A stretch of 64,000 nt of DNA from Psammoneis japonica (taxonomy: Eukaryota), in contig QPGO01000156.1 of assembly GCA_008632985.1 (NCBI GenBank), positions 62,001 through 126,000 on the forward strand, given 5' to 3'. Shown here in pieces: positions 1 through 11,200 of the stretch (positions within the stretch are counted from its first letter, which is position 1; each line of letters begins with the position of its first letter). Below the pieces are notes generated by a model. That model was not told the origin of the DNA, did no database searches, and saw only the letters and a program-made list of their open reading frames with translations. The translations under genes were made by a program, and so were the position numbers.

Positions 1-3000
1 ATTTTGATGACATGGAACATTTTGCCAATGGTTTTGGAATGGAGTTGTTTGGTCCCAAGCTCAAAAGCACAATTTCAATGCTTGCATCCAAAAAGCAGTT
101 TTTGGAGACAACAAATTGGTCCCCCTCTCCAGAATTCCTTGTTCTTCCCTTCCTTTGTCACAAGCCAAAGTTGCGTTGCATTCCACATGTCACAGAAGTC
201 ATCCACACCAACAACATTGTCAGGAAAACTCTTGGATGCCCTGACATTTGGTCTTGCATCATGACCAGTGGTTGGTCCATGAAGAAATCCGACGTGCTGA
301 AAGGTGAATGTGTTCTTCAACATTAAAATTTGGAGGAAGCTCTCCATTTCTCCAAACTGCCCGGAGAGACAGCAAAAAAAGAGGATTGTCACGTGCAACT
401 TTGCTGCAAGATCAAAGCAATGGCAGAACTTGTTTGTGTGATCATCACCGGCGATGACCCAAATGATCCTGTCTCTGGCAAGCCTTGTTTCCATTTTTTT
501 ATGGTGCAAAAGTCTCCAAGAGATGATCAATGACCAAGCACATGACCTTCACGGTGCATGCGTTGTCATTGAAATTGTCATGTGTTGCATCGAGTGCAAA
601 TCAAAGGACATGGACTGTTGGTTCATGCAGATTTTTCACCGTGTCAATGCCCAAAAGGAGTGGCACATGTTCGTCAACAGCTTTCTTGTCACATGTGATT
701 CCAATGGTCCATGTTCCCAGGAGGATGAGATCAAGGGGTTCCTTAGAGACAAACTTGGTGACATTGAGAACTCTGTGACAATGGCAGGTGACTCCCTTGC
801 TCATTGGGAGGTGCACGAAGAAAAAATCAGTTCCATGTTGAATCATGAATTTGGGAAGGGCTGTCCTGTGAGGAGCAACCTGGCACATGACCCAGGCACA
901 GCAAGCAGCTCACAATGCTTCAGCTAAAATTCAGAAGCATTGGGAGGAGCATCACATGTTGAGTGTTAAGACAGAGGTTTGAAATTTTTGCAATGGCAGT
1001 TTTCCTCTGATGGCTGTTGCACAACACAATCACAAAATCTGCAAAGCAGTCACAACAACACATTGAGACAAGTGCAATGGCAAAAAGGAAGACAGCAAAG
1101 GACAGGATGATGGCAGAGGCATCACCAAACAGCCCCAGGCTAACAGCAGCATTGCAGCAGGTGGGTGCAGCAGGAGATCACCAATCTCTGAAGAGAGAGG
1201 TGGAAGAGGTGGCACGGAGAGAGCCATTCCCAAAAGAGCGAAGTTCTTTGTGAAGGCGGACATGGCAAGTGGTGGCAAGGTGTCAAGGCCAGTGCAGAAA
1301 AACACGGCCAATGGCAAGTTCAGCAAGCATGAATGGGCAGGGTCATGGGAGGACTGGGTGAAGAAATGTGTGCTCAATGCAGTCAATGCAAAAAAGAAAC
1401 ACCGTGTGTCAGACGATGATGAAGAGTGTGATGAGCGGCAAGTGCTGTGGGGTGCATTTCCAAAATGGGACTGGGTGTGGTGCTGCTGACAAGATTCTCA
1501 TTTTGCTGCAGTCATGATGACAGAAGAACAAGCCAAGGAAATCCGTGGGATGAAGAAATTGACAAAGAAAGCAAAAAGTGCAAAGAAGTGCAAAAAGCCC
1601 CCTGCGGACCATGAAGAACAGTTCCTGGCAACTTGGGAGGATGAGGCAGCAGACACCATTGTGTTTGAGAAGTGGACAAACAAGGAGGCACACACATGGC
1701 TCTACAACAACATTCTAAAATTCATGGAGAGCACTGCAATGTGGAGAAGGATGGTGGAGTCTGGCAGCACCAAGGCTGCAGATCCAGCTGTGGCAAGTGA
1801 TGAGGCACTGGCGCTGTTGATGTTGGAAAACTGCTGGAAGGTTTGGGAGCACAAGACCGTGCAGGAAAGAAAGGATGAAGGGAGCAAAGAGGAGGAGGGG
1901 GAAACAAAACCAGCGCCCTTGCACACAGACCTGATGCAACAGCATGACTCTTGGAATGACAAAGGAATGCAGCAATTCAATGCCCTGCTTGGGGAGGCAA
2001 AGGAGGACAGGGCAAGTGAGCCGGGTGTGCATTTCAACACATGGTGCAACAACAGAAAAAAAGGGAGAGCAAAGGTGAAGGAAAAAAGGGCAGAACCAAC
2101 AAAAAACCAGTGGAGATGGAGATGAGAACACAAACAACAACAGAACTTTATGGTGATGATGAGGAGGATGATGACAAATCAGACAAACCTGGTGGCAGGA
2201 AAGATGAGGAGGAAGACAAAGAGAGCAAAGAAAGCAGTGACGAAGGCAAACAAGGAACAACTCCAGTGCAGGCCAGTTTAAAATGCAATGTGGCTGACAC
2301 CACAGCATTGGCTTGGTGTTCATTGACAAAACATGTGAAAAAGCAAAAGCAACAGTTCAGCCCAAATTCATTGCACATGTCATGTCACATGTGAAAATCA
2401 ACATGTGATGTGAGACAAACAAGTGACATTGATTGTCAGCTTCCACAGTGAAGGAATGCATGCGCACAGGTTGCCAGCCACACAACTGACAAGGTTTGAA
2501 ACTGTGAAAACACCATCTGTAAAAGGAGTGAAAATCACTGTGAGAAAGGGGGTGTTTGTCACCACAATGCACGCTCTGATGGTTTCCTGCTGCTGCTGGT
2601 GTGATCATGAGATCTGACCCCCAACCCCCCCACCACACTGGTGGCACCACACACAAACATCAATGCCAAACAGCACCACATGGTGGCATGCCTCAAAAAC
2701 CTGCAATTTTTTGCTGGGGCTGGGCATGGCAATCAGTGGCAGGCTCTGGAATCTGGAATGTTGCGCTGCCAACAATCACACCCATGGCTGGCATCCAGAG
2801 TGACCAAGGGGGAGACATCACAAGGCTTTTGCCAATTCTGCATTTTCAACAGTGACTTGCCATTTGCAGAGCTGAAATGTGCAGCACTCAGTCTTTTGCA
2901 GCAAGGAGACACAAAGATGTGACATTGGATGGCACACAATTCTGTGTGTGAAGGCAGCAATTGGTCTTGTGGTGCTGCAGCTGCCACTTCTTGTGTTGCC

Positions 3001-4240
3001 ATTCTTGCAATGTGTTTTTGACACCAAACCAATGGCTGGCACAGAGAAAGTTTGGGCCAGAAAAGGACACCTGGGGCATGTGATGTGCTGTGAAAAAGGA
3101 CAACAGCACTCACAAATTGAAGAAGAGCAAGAAGAACAGCAGGCCAACAATGAAGTTGCTGGCTGGAGCAACACATTCATTGAATGAACTCTGGGACACT
3201 TGGCAATTTACAACAACCCACCCACCTGCATTGCTGATCCCATGGTCAAATCAAGAGCCAACAGCACAGATGGCATCACTGTCTGCATCCCCAACATCAA
3301 CACATGACCCTTGCTCCAACACCTGTTCTCCCAGTGCTGCTTGCTCTGTTGCACCTCCACGCCAACATGCCGTGGTGGTTGTGATCAGAGATGACAGTGC
3401 AGCACAGCTGGAGAGTCACATGTGACAGAAAATCAAGCCAGGACACAGTGGGAGCATGGTGTTAGAAGAGAGTTGGCAGAGGCATGGCATTTGGGAGAAA
3501 AATGGTGGGATTGGAGACATCAAGAGGGCAAGGAGTGCTGGGGCTTGGGGGGGGGAGGTGGAAAAGCAGATTGTCAATGGTTGGTGAAATGCCATGCATG
3601 GCACAGCAGAAGGAGTGGGTGAGAGAGATGAGGAGAGGGGATGGCTGTGTTGGGGATGGTGATGTTGTGGTGGCTGGCCCATGCTGTGTTTTGAGGGAGA
3701 CTGGCTGCTGGGAGGCTGAGGAGTTGGGCAGTGACAGTTGGGAGGAAAGGCAAAGGGGGCATCATTGTGAGACAGAGAGGAAGCATTGAGAGTGTCAAAT
3801 GATTGCATTTGAAGGGAGAGGCCCAATGGAAGAGATCTGGCAGGTTGTTGCAGGGGGTGGATGTTGAAGTGGCAACGGCAGCGAGGAGGTGAGTGTGTTG
3901 GCATGGCATCTGCGGAGGGAATGGTGGCACATTCGTGTTTGCGGGGAGCAAGAGGAGAGTGCTTTGAGTTTGCTTGTCAACGAGGGTGGTGAGGCAGTGG
4001 AGAGCTTGGTCAAAAGAGAGTCGAAGGTGGAGGTGGAGCGGGTGGCAGCCGAGCGTCCGTCAGCAATCTTGCTTGAAAGAATGGAGCGTGACGTCATCAA
4101 ATTCTGAAGCAAGCCAAGATCCGCGAAGTTCTTCGCACGCAAACTGCAAGGTGAAGTGCCAATGAAGTGGTTCGTGGTTCGCGGTTCGCGGGTGCGATGT
4201 TGGATGTTTCAGATGCGTTTCTGAAGGTCATTGTGTTGTT
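1..4240. mobile_element. Degenerate TE-derived block, TpA- and CpG-depleted; family unresolved
   Basis: About 13 TpA in ~4.2 kb by manual count; Cys/His-rich spurious ORFs in all frames; contains the accessory ORF at 1514-2125, related to the one at 19177-19515. Confidence 0.7.
1514..2125 (+). pseudogene. Relic of a DNA-transposon accessory ORF (SDEAxALLxLEN...W / WxxxGxxxFNxL...DR type)
   Basis: Motifs ASDEALALLMLENCWKVWE and SWNDKGMQQFNALLGEAKEDR align by eye with TVSLEAFALLVCLNCC and GWSKEWIKKHNELCKWVKKDQ at 19177-19515. Confidence 0.55.
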
Positions 4241-4259
4241 GTTTACATAATATTCCACC

Positions 4260-5111
4260 ATGGCGAAAGAAGTTGATTACACGAAGGTTGATGTTGAAGA
4301 TGATATCGAGCTTGCGGACGCTGCGATTCCGGAGGCGAAGCTGGTTGACAAGGATGGCATGTTGTTGCCCAAGTTGTCGCCCAAGTTCCAAGTCACTGCA
4401 CCCTGCGATCTCGAAGCGGGTTTTGAGTTTGCCGTGCCGTTTGATGACAAGCAATACCAAGTCACCGTTGTACGTGTACACTTTGTGTTCGTGAATAGTC
4501 GTCTTGCTATTTGCTCACTCAAGCTTTTTCTTGCAGCCGTCAGGAGGTGTGAGAGCTGGACAAACCTTCCAACCGGAGAACGTGCAAGAACTGAACAATA
4601 GAACTCGCCTTCCTCTAGCGGTGATTGGATGGCCGGGGTGTTTGATTGTTTCGACAGTCCCAACTGTTTTGGGGCATGTCTGTGTGGTATGTGTGTCCAG
4701 CCTCATTTGTTGGGCACCGTCATGAACCGCTTGCGTGGAGAGAGGGGATCGTCCGGTCTCTGTGCTCTCTTGTGCGCGGTTTTGGTGATTTCAAACCTAC
4801 TCATGAGGGTTGAAGACGATTCAATTGCGGCTTTGTTTGCACTTATCTTTCTGGGTGCCGTGTTTGTTCTTCACATGGCTTCGTGTCTGGCCCGTATGCA
4901 GTTGCGCCAACGCCTCGCGATTGAAGGAAGTGAAGTGGAAGATTGCTTTCTTTCGTGGTTTTGCAACTGCTGTGTGATTCTTCAGATGCATCGCCAAGTG
5001 GATCAAATGACGGCTGGACGGAACATGGTTGGAAAGGTCTCAAAGCGATTGGTTAAAAAGATTTCAGAGAAAGAAGAAGACCCCATTAAAGTTTCCACCA
5101 TTGATGTTTAA
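4260..5111 (+). CDS. PLAC8-family Cys-rich membrane protein
   Basis: W-x-x-GVFDCF...C-x-C...P and RMQLRQRLAIEGSEVEDC...FCNCCVILQMHRQ; GT-AG intron ~4470-4536; apparent frameshift near 4600. Confidence 0.8.
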
Positions 5112-5976
5112 GAAGGAATGATTGACTGACACGAGAAAATGCTTGTGGAATGAAAGGACACTCAGGCGTGACGAAGGTCCTTAGGCAGCGGCTCAGATAG
5201 AGTCGTGTATTTTATAGGATGAAGGAATGAAAGAAATGCAAGAGTAGTTGTCTTGCTTTCTCTAGCTACTTCTATTAGGTACCTACAGACTTACCGAGGC
5301 TTAAAGCGCGATGTGATAGGAACGGAGCATCCGAATCATGTAAAACACGGAGGCAAATTGGGAACGGAAGAACGTCGCTGACAACATAGTAGGAAGTCAA
5401 ACGATCTCGATTTGACGTCTTGCCGATGGATGATTCCTCTTGGCTTATTACGCAATTTCACAGAGTAGGCACTCATCAATTGAAGTCCCACGCCACTTGG
5501 CGTGCAAATAGGTGGCGACAGACACGATCGAGGGGAGATATGAGCAGATCATTCCCGTCGATAGGCTAGTCCCTTTTGCCATTTATTCACGAGAAAAGAC
5601 ATACCTACACTCACATTGACACCTTCGGCATGAGTGGCAATCTCCGCAAGCCTTTCTCGCATGAGCACAGCATGAAAGGGCGTCCCGTATCTTCAATGAA
5701 TATATGGCAAGACGCGTGAGGGTTGCCAACGCCGTATGGTCTTTCGCGAACCAACGGCTGAGGCATCCACATGACCTAATTTCCCTTCTCGTATACTCCC
5801 TCCAATACCTTTGGTGGTGATGGTGACAGACTAGGCCCTACTGTCAATCCCTTCGTATCGCACAAGGGTAAGAGATGTTGAGTCAAACTTCATATTACGC
5901 TAATAAGCTCCAAGGGAAGTCCTGGTACGGATGACTCGAAGCTCTCTAAAGTGAATGGTAACTGATACTCCCCTGA

Positions 5977-7265
5977 TCAGCTTGATTCGGCGTCAAGTTC
6001 CGCTTTTAGTTGCTCGTAAAGCTGGAGGACTTCTTCTCGATGATAGTCGTCCCACGGCGTTTCGTACAAGGCCGCACGATTCATGGTCTCTACGGCTCCC
6101 TTCAGATTTCCTTGAGCCTTTTGTGACAGAGCAAGATGCTTGTGGACCCAGGGAAAGTGCCGGTTTATCTGCAACCCAGCATCGGCATACGTAATCGACT
6201 TGCTGTACATACCTAGATGAAACATACACTTAGACAGGCCCATGATTACGGAGAGCTCTTGTCGAGGTGTCGAGCCCTCGAAAAACCCAGGCATTTCAAG
6301 AAGATTCAAGTAGAGTTGCGTGGCATCATCCCACTGCTCCATGTTCTCATACGCCCTTGCTTTCACGAGGAAAATGTTGATGTGCCGCATTGGACCTTCG
6401 CCCTTGAATCGAGATGGGGGAGCTTGCGATGTCATTTCCTCTTTCAGTTCGTCCAGCTCGCGTTCAGCTTCTAAATCGACCAAACCCATGTTTGTCGCTT
6501 GTTCTGCGCGCTCCAATAGCTCTGTAGCTCTGTTCAGTTTCGAGTGTCGCTCATTGTCAATCTCGATGACTTGATCAACAAGCTCAATGGATGATGAATA
6601 TTCTTTTAAATCCAAAAGGATTTCTGCCTTTGTAAACATAGCTTGAACGTGGGGCTGCGTCGTCCCGGCAAGAACCTTGTCTAGCTCTTGGAGAGCCTCT
6701 CGGCGAATGCCTTGAACCTCCTCGCTGTTGCGTTTCGTTTTCTTTCCAACTGAAGCGCCCTTCGGGCAAGCACCCCTGCTTTTTCAATAGCTGTCTTTTG
6801 TATGTCTTCAGCTCTAGACCGACACACGGGACAGGAAGTCGCGTCTGAACCCTGCTCGAACCCTGCTGCCACGCCTTGCTGCCATTCGTTGAGGCATGCA
6901 AAGCAAAACTGATGTCTACAGACTTTCAAAATAACTGGATTCTGAATTTCGGTAGTCAAGCAAATGGGACAATTGTCCGTGTTGGCGGGTGTCCTGTCTG
7001 CATATTCGTCCGGCTTCTCTACAACAAGCCCGCCCTCTTGCATCACGAGCGAACCAACACTACAATCCGGCTTGTGCTTACGCCAGTCCTTCTTCTGGCA
7101 GATCTGAGAGCAGTAGTAAACGCATTTGCACCGAGAGCATCGTTTCGACGGAGCCGCCTTGCTGCATTCTTTCAAGTCACATGTGATGCAATCCCGTGGA
7201 AGCTTGTCGATGCGCTCCTGGATTGGTAGCTCCATCTCGCTGGTTGCCTGTTCCTCCTCTGACAT
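5977..7265 (-). CDS. MYND zinc finger + RING finger + TPR-like protein
   Basis: CSRCKCVYYCSQICQKKDWRKHKPDC (MYND); CPIC...CRHQFCFAC...CPVC (RING); helical TPR-like C-terminus; two ORFs joined by a frameshift or intron near 6640-6720. Confidence 0.8.
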
Positions 7266-7473
7266 GACAATTGGTAGATTTATGGAAGTTGTCTGAACGA
7301 GGCCTCTCCTCCAATACTACTCTGCTACTATATACCGGTAGCAAACCACCAGAACGGATCTGGCAATCTGCAGCCTTCACACAACGCTCTGGTGTTCCTC
7401 ATTACTATGTTCGAAAATTGAATGAGAAGGATGAAGTCTCGCCAGACTTTTGATGTTTAGGCTGACGAGCTTC

Positions 7474-7657
7474 TGAATAAATGCTGATATACTGTCACGA
7501 ATATAGGCAGTCCATATGCCATTGGCGATTGGTCCACTGTCGCTTATTTAGTGGCCCCAGCAGCGTAACATCTCACAATTCCAGAACCTGTTGATGCTGT
7601 TCAACACTCTGTCTTGTCTTACACCCAATTCTTAGCTATCATGGTAGCATTTATTCA
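7474..7657 (+). repeat. 5' LTR
   Basis: TG...CA ends; 12-bp terminal inverted repeat TGAATAAATGCT/AGCATTTATTCA; ungapped match to 13985-14168 with 18 transitions. Confidence 0.95.
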
Positions 7658-7670
7658 CTTTATCAGAGCC
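7658..7670 (+). other. Primer-binding-site-like sequence (tRNA-iMet type)
   Basis: CTTTATCAGAGCC directly after the LTR resembles the canonical copia TGGTATCAGAGC. Confidence 0.6.
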
Positions 7671-8203
7671 AACACGCTGTGATGTTCATTGCCTGGAACG
7701 GGCATCGCGAACGGTGCGACGGTGTCGTTGCGGTCGATCGATTTTTGCGGCAAGCACCATGTTGGTCCCATGGTTGCTCGCGCAATCGCTGAGTCCTTTA
7801 CATGTGTCAACATTCATGGATGTGAACGACATGCTCTTGGAGACCAGAGCTGTGATCCGTCAGACATGACGTTGGCAGACGGAATGTTTGATCAGGTGGA
7901 TGGAATGTGTTGGCCAAGGCATGCAAACATTCGCGACAATGATGAAATGATGATTTATGTGTTCAGGTCTGTCATTTGATCACATGCATTTCATTAATCT
8001 AAAAACGTTGTCAAATTGTTCAGACACTGTGCATGTTGATGCATGTCTGTTGGACATTGTTGCTTGGGAGTGACACCGCCTGCTCGCGGGTTCGCCAAGC
8101 AGAAACCGCCAAATCGGCACGAGAACCACACATTTTTCTCACTTTCCTCCACTCACACAAGTGGATGCTCACGCGTCGAAACGCGAACAACTGCTGATGC
8201 ACC

Positions 8204-11200
8204 ATGGCCGCTGCCGCAGCCTTTGCCGCCTGTCTCACGCGTTGTGGACACAATGCGCAGACGCGCGCCCACACAGCCCGCCAAGGCTTTGCTGCCATCG
8301 AGGACCTGGAACAGGTCCCTTTGATGGAAATTGCCGATGTGACTGAGGGCATCATGAAGAGCGTTGACACCACCGCCAACCCCCAAGTCCGCTTTCCACA
8401 CCTGGCGAATCGCAAGCTCAAGGCACTGCGCGCATGGATTGACCACCGCAGAGCCCAGAACCAAGAGCCGACCGCTGCTCTCTTCGCTGGCGACGTCATT
8501 GGAACATGGGCGGCACGTCTTGTGGAACCAGAGCAATTCAAGTCCGCGGACTCAGACGACAAATCGGCTGCCAAAACGGCCGTGGAGCTCAAGAACCCAC
8601 ATGACTGGCCTGCCTTCCAAGAGCCACTGGAGACCGAACTGCGTCACCACCGCAGTGCCGTTGCCGGAGTGCCCCCCATCTAACCAGTTGGGGAACATGA
8701 AGAGGTCACCGCCAAGATGTTGGCTGCCACCTGCACCACCATTGACGAGGACCTCATTGCCACTGCCCGCCTTGCAGGAGCTCAGTGTGCGCAGGACAGG
8801 CAACGCCTGCATGATCTCTTGAAGAAGCCAGTGATGGGGGGGCCTGGATGGGCTTTTGTCAAACCTTCCAATCGCAGTCGCGATGGTCACACTGCTTTCT
8901 TTGCACTCAAGAGGCAGGCAGAAGGATCGGCTGCCGCCACTGCCCGAAAGAACCGTGCTTGTGCACAGATTGCTGCTGCGAAGTGCACCGGATGGGGTCG
9001 ATTTACCTTTGACCAGTGCATTCAGCATCATCAAAAGGCTCACAACGACTTGTCTGAGCTTGATGAACTGGTGGCCGAGACCAAGAAGGTCTCTGACTTT
9101 CTGAAGGGCATCTCCGATCCCAGGTTGGAAACTGGCAAGAGCGCAGTGGATGGAGACCCGACGAAGCTAGCAGATTTCGAGGCATGCCAGCAGTGCATGA
9201 AAACTCTGGTCGAAAATGCCAAGAACCACAATGCTGACACTCGCGGGATCGCATCCATCCAATGCCGCAACAACCAGCGCAACAACCCTGGTGGAAAGCA
9301 CCAACCTAAGAAGGACAAGCCAGGATCCGGGCAGGCCATTGTCCCATTGAAGAGTGGAGTGCTCTTGACGGTCCCGAATGAGAGCAAGTCCAAAAGCTCC
9401 GCGATGCCAAGAAAGCTGAAAAGAAATGCAAAGCTGCTGCTGCATCCTCGGAGGCTGAGTCGGTCAATGCGAAACTCGCGCTGTCAAGAAAGCAGCTGTT
9501 GCCGAGCCTGCTTCTCAACCTGCTGATGAACCGAAAGACTCCGAAGAGCCTGACAAACCTGCCGCCAATGCAGGTGCCCAGTTCGGATGCAGTGCACATG
9601 AGAAACCTCAGAAAGAGGAATGAACAGTTGCGCCAGCACCAAAAGGCATGGAACCGAATGTCGCCAAACCTGCTGGCACCATTTGTTTGTCTGGGCGATT
9701 CTCAAAGGATGCACACATCTCTTTGTCATCTGCTGGGAATTCAGATGATGAAGCCACCACTGATTTGGACTCGCACGCTAACACGTGTGCTGTTGGGTCC
9801 AATTTTGTGATGCACTCTGACATCGACAGAACTGTCGTGGTACACCCTCACTCCGAAGAGCACGCACCAATGGAAAACATTCCCATTTGCACGGCTGCCA
9901 CCGTGTGGGTTGATCCAACTGATGGACAACCACACCCACCACCAGTCCACGAGGCTGTGTTTTTCGGGGACAAGATGACCAACACCCTCCCATGCCCCAA
10001 CCAACTGCGAGCGAATGGGCTGATTGTCCATGATGCCCCTCGCCAGTTTGATCCAACTGGCACACACTCCATCTCTTTTCCTGACTCGAAGATCAGGGTG
10101 CCATTGCGAATGCGAGGTGTTGCTTCAGTCTTTGATTCACACAAGCGACAAAGGAGGATCTGGAGAACCTCCCCCGGCTGGAACTGGCATCACCCCTGAG
10201 ATGGGAGCCTTCTGCTGATGCCCTGGCGCAAAAGGAGGAAGTGCGTGCATGTGCCAGTGTGCGCCAAGGATCAGCAAAGTCGGACGGACGGTCGACGATG
10301 ATGAATGCGACCAGGTGTGTCACTTCCATTCATTCATGCCAAACATCCTGTCATGACGAGAATGTCATCATGGATGCCAATGACGACGATTCTTTGTATC
10401 ACCGCCTGGTTGCTCAGGCAAATGTCTCCCACAACGACACTGAGGGAGACGGGCCACATGACCGGCATGACCCAGATATCCACCCAGATTGTGCCAAGTG
10501 GAAACGGGTGTGTGCACTGTCGACCTCGAGTCGTGCATCGACCATCACGCCCGAGACACTCTCTAAAAGGTGGAACATTGGCCTGACGGCCGCTAAGAAC
10601 ACCCTCAGAGTGACGACCCAGGCAGGGGTCCGTAATGTCCACACACCATCCGAACGGAAAGTCCGGAAGAAAGCCCCTTGGCTTGAGTTCCCTGCTGTCA
10701 AGGGACGCTTCTACTCCGACCAGATGTTTTCGAAGGTCAAATCGACACATGGTGAGACAGGAGGAAGCGCACTTGCCAACGGAAGAGGGTGTGACAGGTT
10801 CCATCCTTGGAAGAGGAAACAGGACCACCCGGATGCCGTCATGTCATTCACACATGACGTTGGCGCACCGCAGGTCCTTGTGTTGGATGGCGCACCAGAA
10901 ATGGCGGAAGGCCAGACCAAAGAGATCTGCAAGGAATGCAGGACACATCAGGAGGTGTCCACCCCGCACAGCCCCTGGCAGAACCCAGCCGAGGCATCCA
11001 TTCGTGAGTTGAAGAAAAGAGTCCGTGTGACTCTATGCTGGACTGGCGCTCACAGGCGACTTTGGTCCTACAGCACCAAATGGACATGTGACATCCGACG
11101 CATGATTGCGACTAGCATGTCGGACATGGGAGGACGAGTCCCAGAAGAGGAGGTGACAGGTTCGACACCCGACATCTCTTCCCTCTCTCTCTTTGATTGG

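Noticed and set aside
4165..4200. GTGGTTC/GCGGTTC short repeats ending in GATG as a transposon end
   Set aside because: No partner terminus in the window; too short to support
5200..5950. Possible decayed coding sequence
   Set aside because: No sustained ORF or recognisable motif
7474..7657. Classical RIP (CA>TA) acting on the 5' LTR
   Set aside because: Pol motifs show Tyr as ancestral and the whole block is TA-poor, so the direction is TA loss
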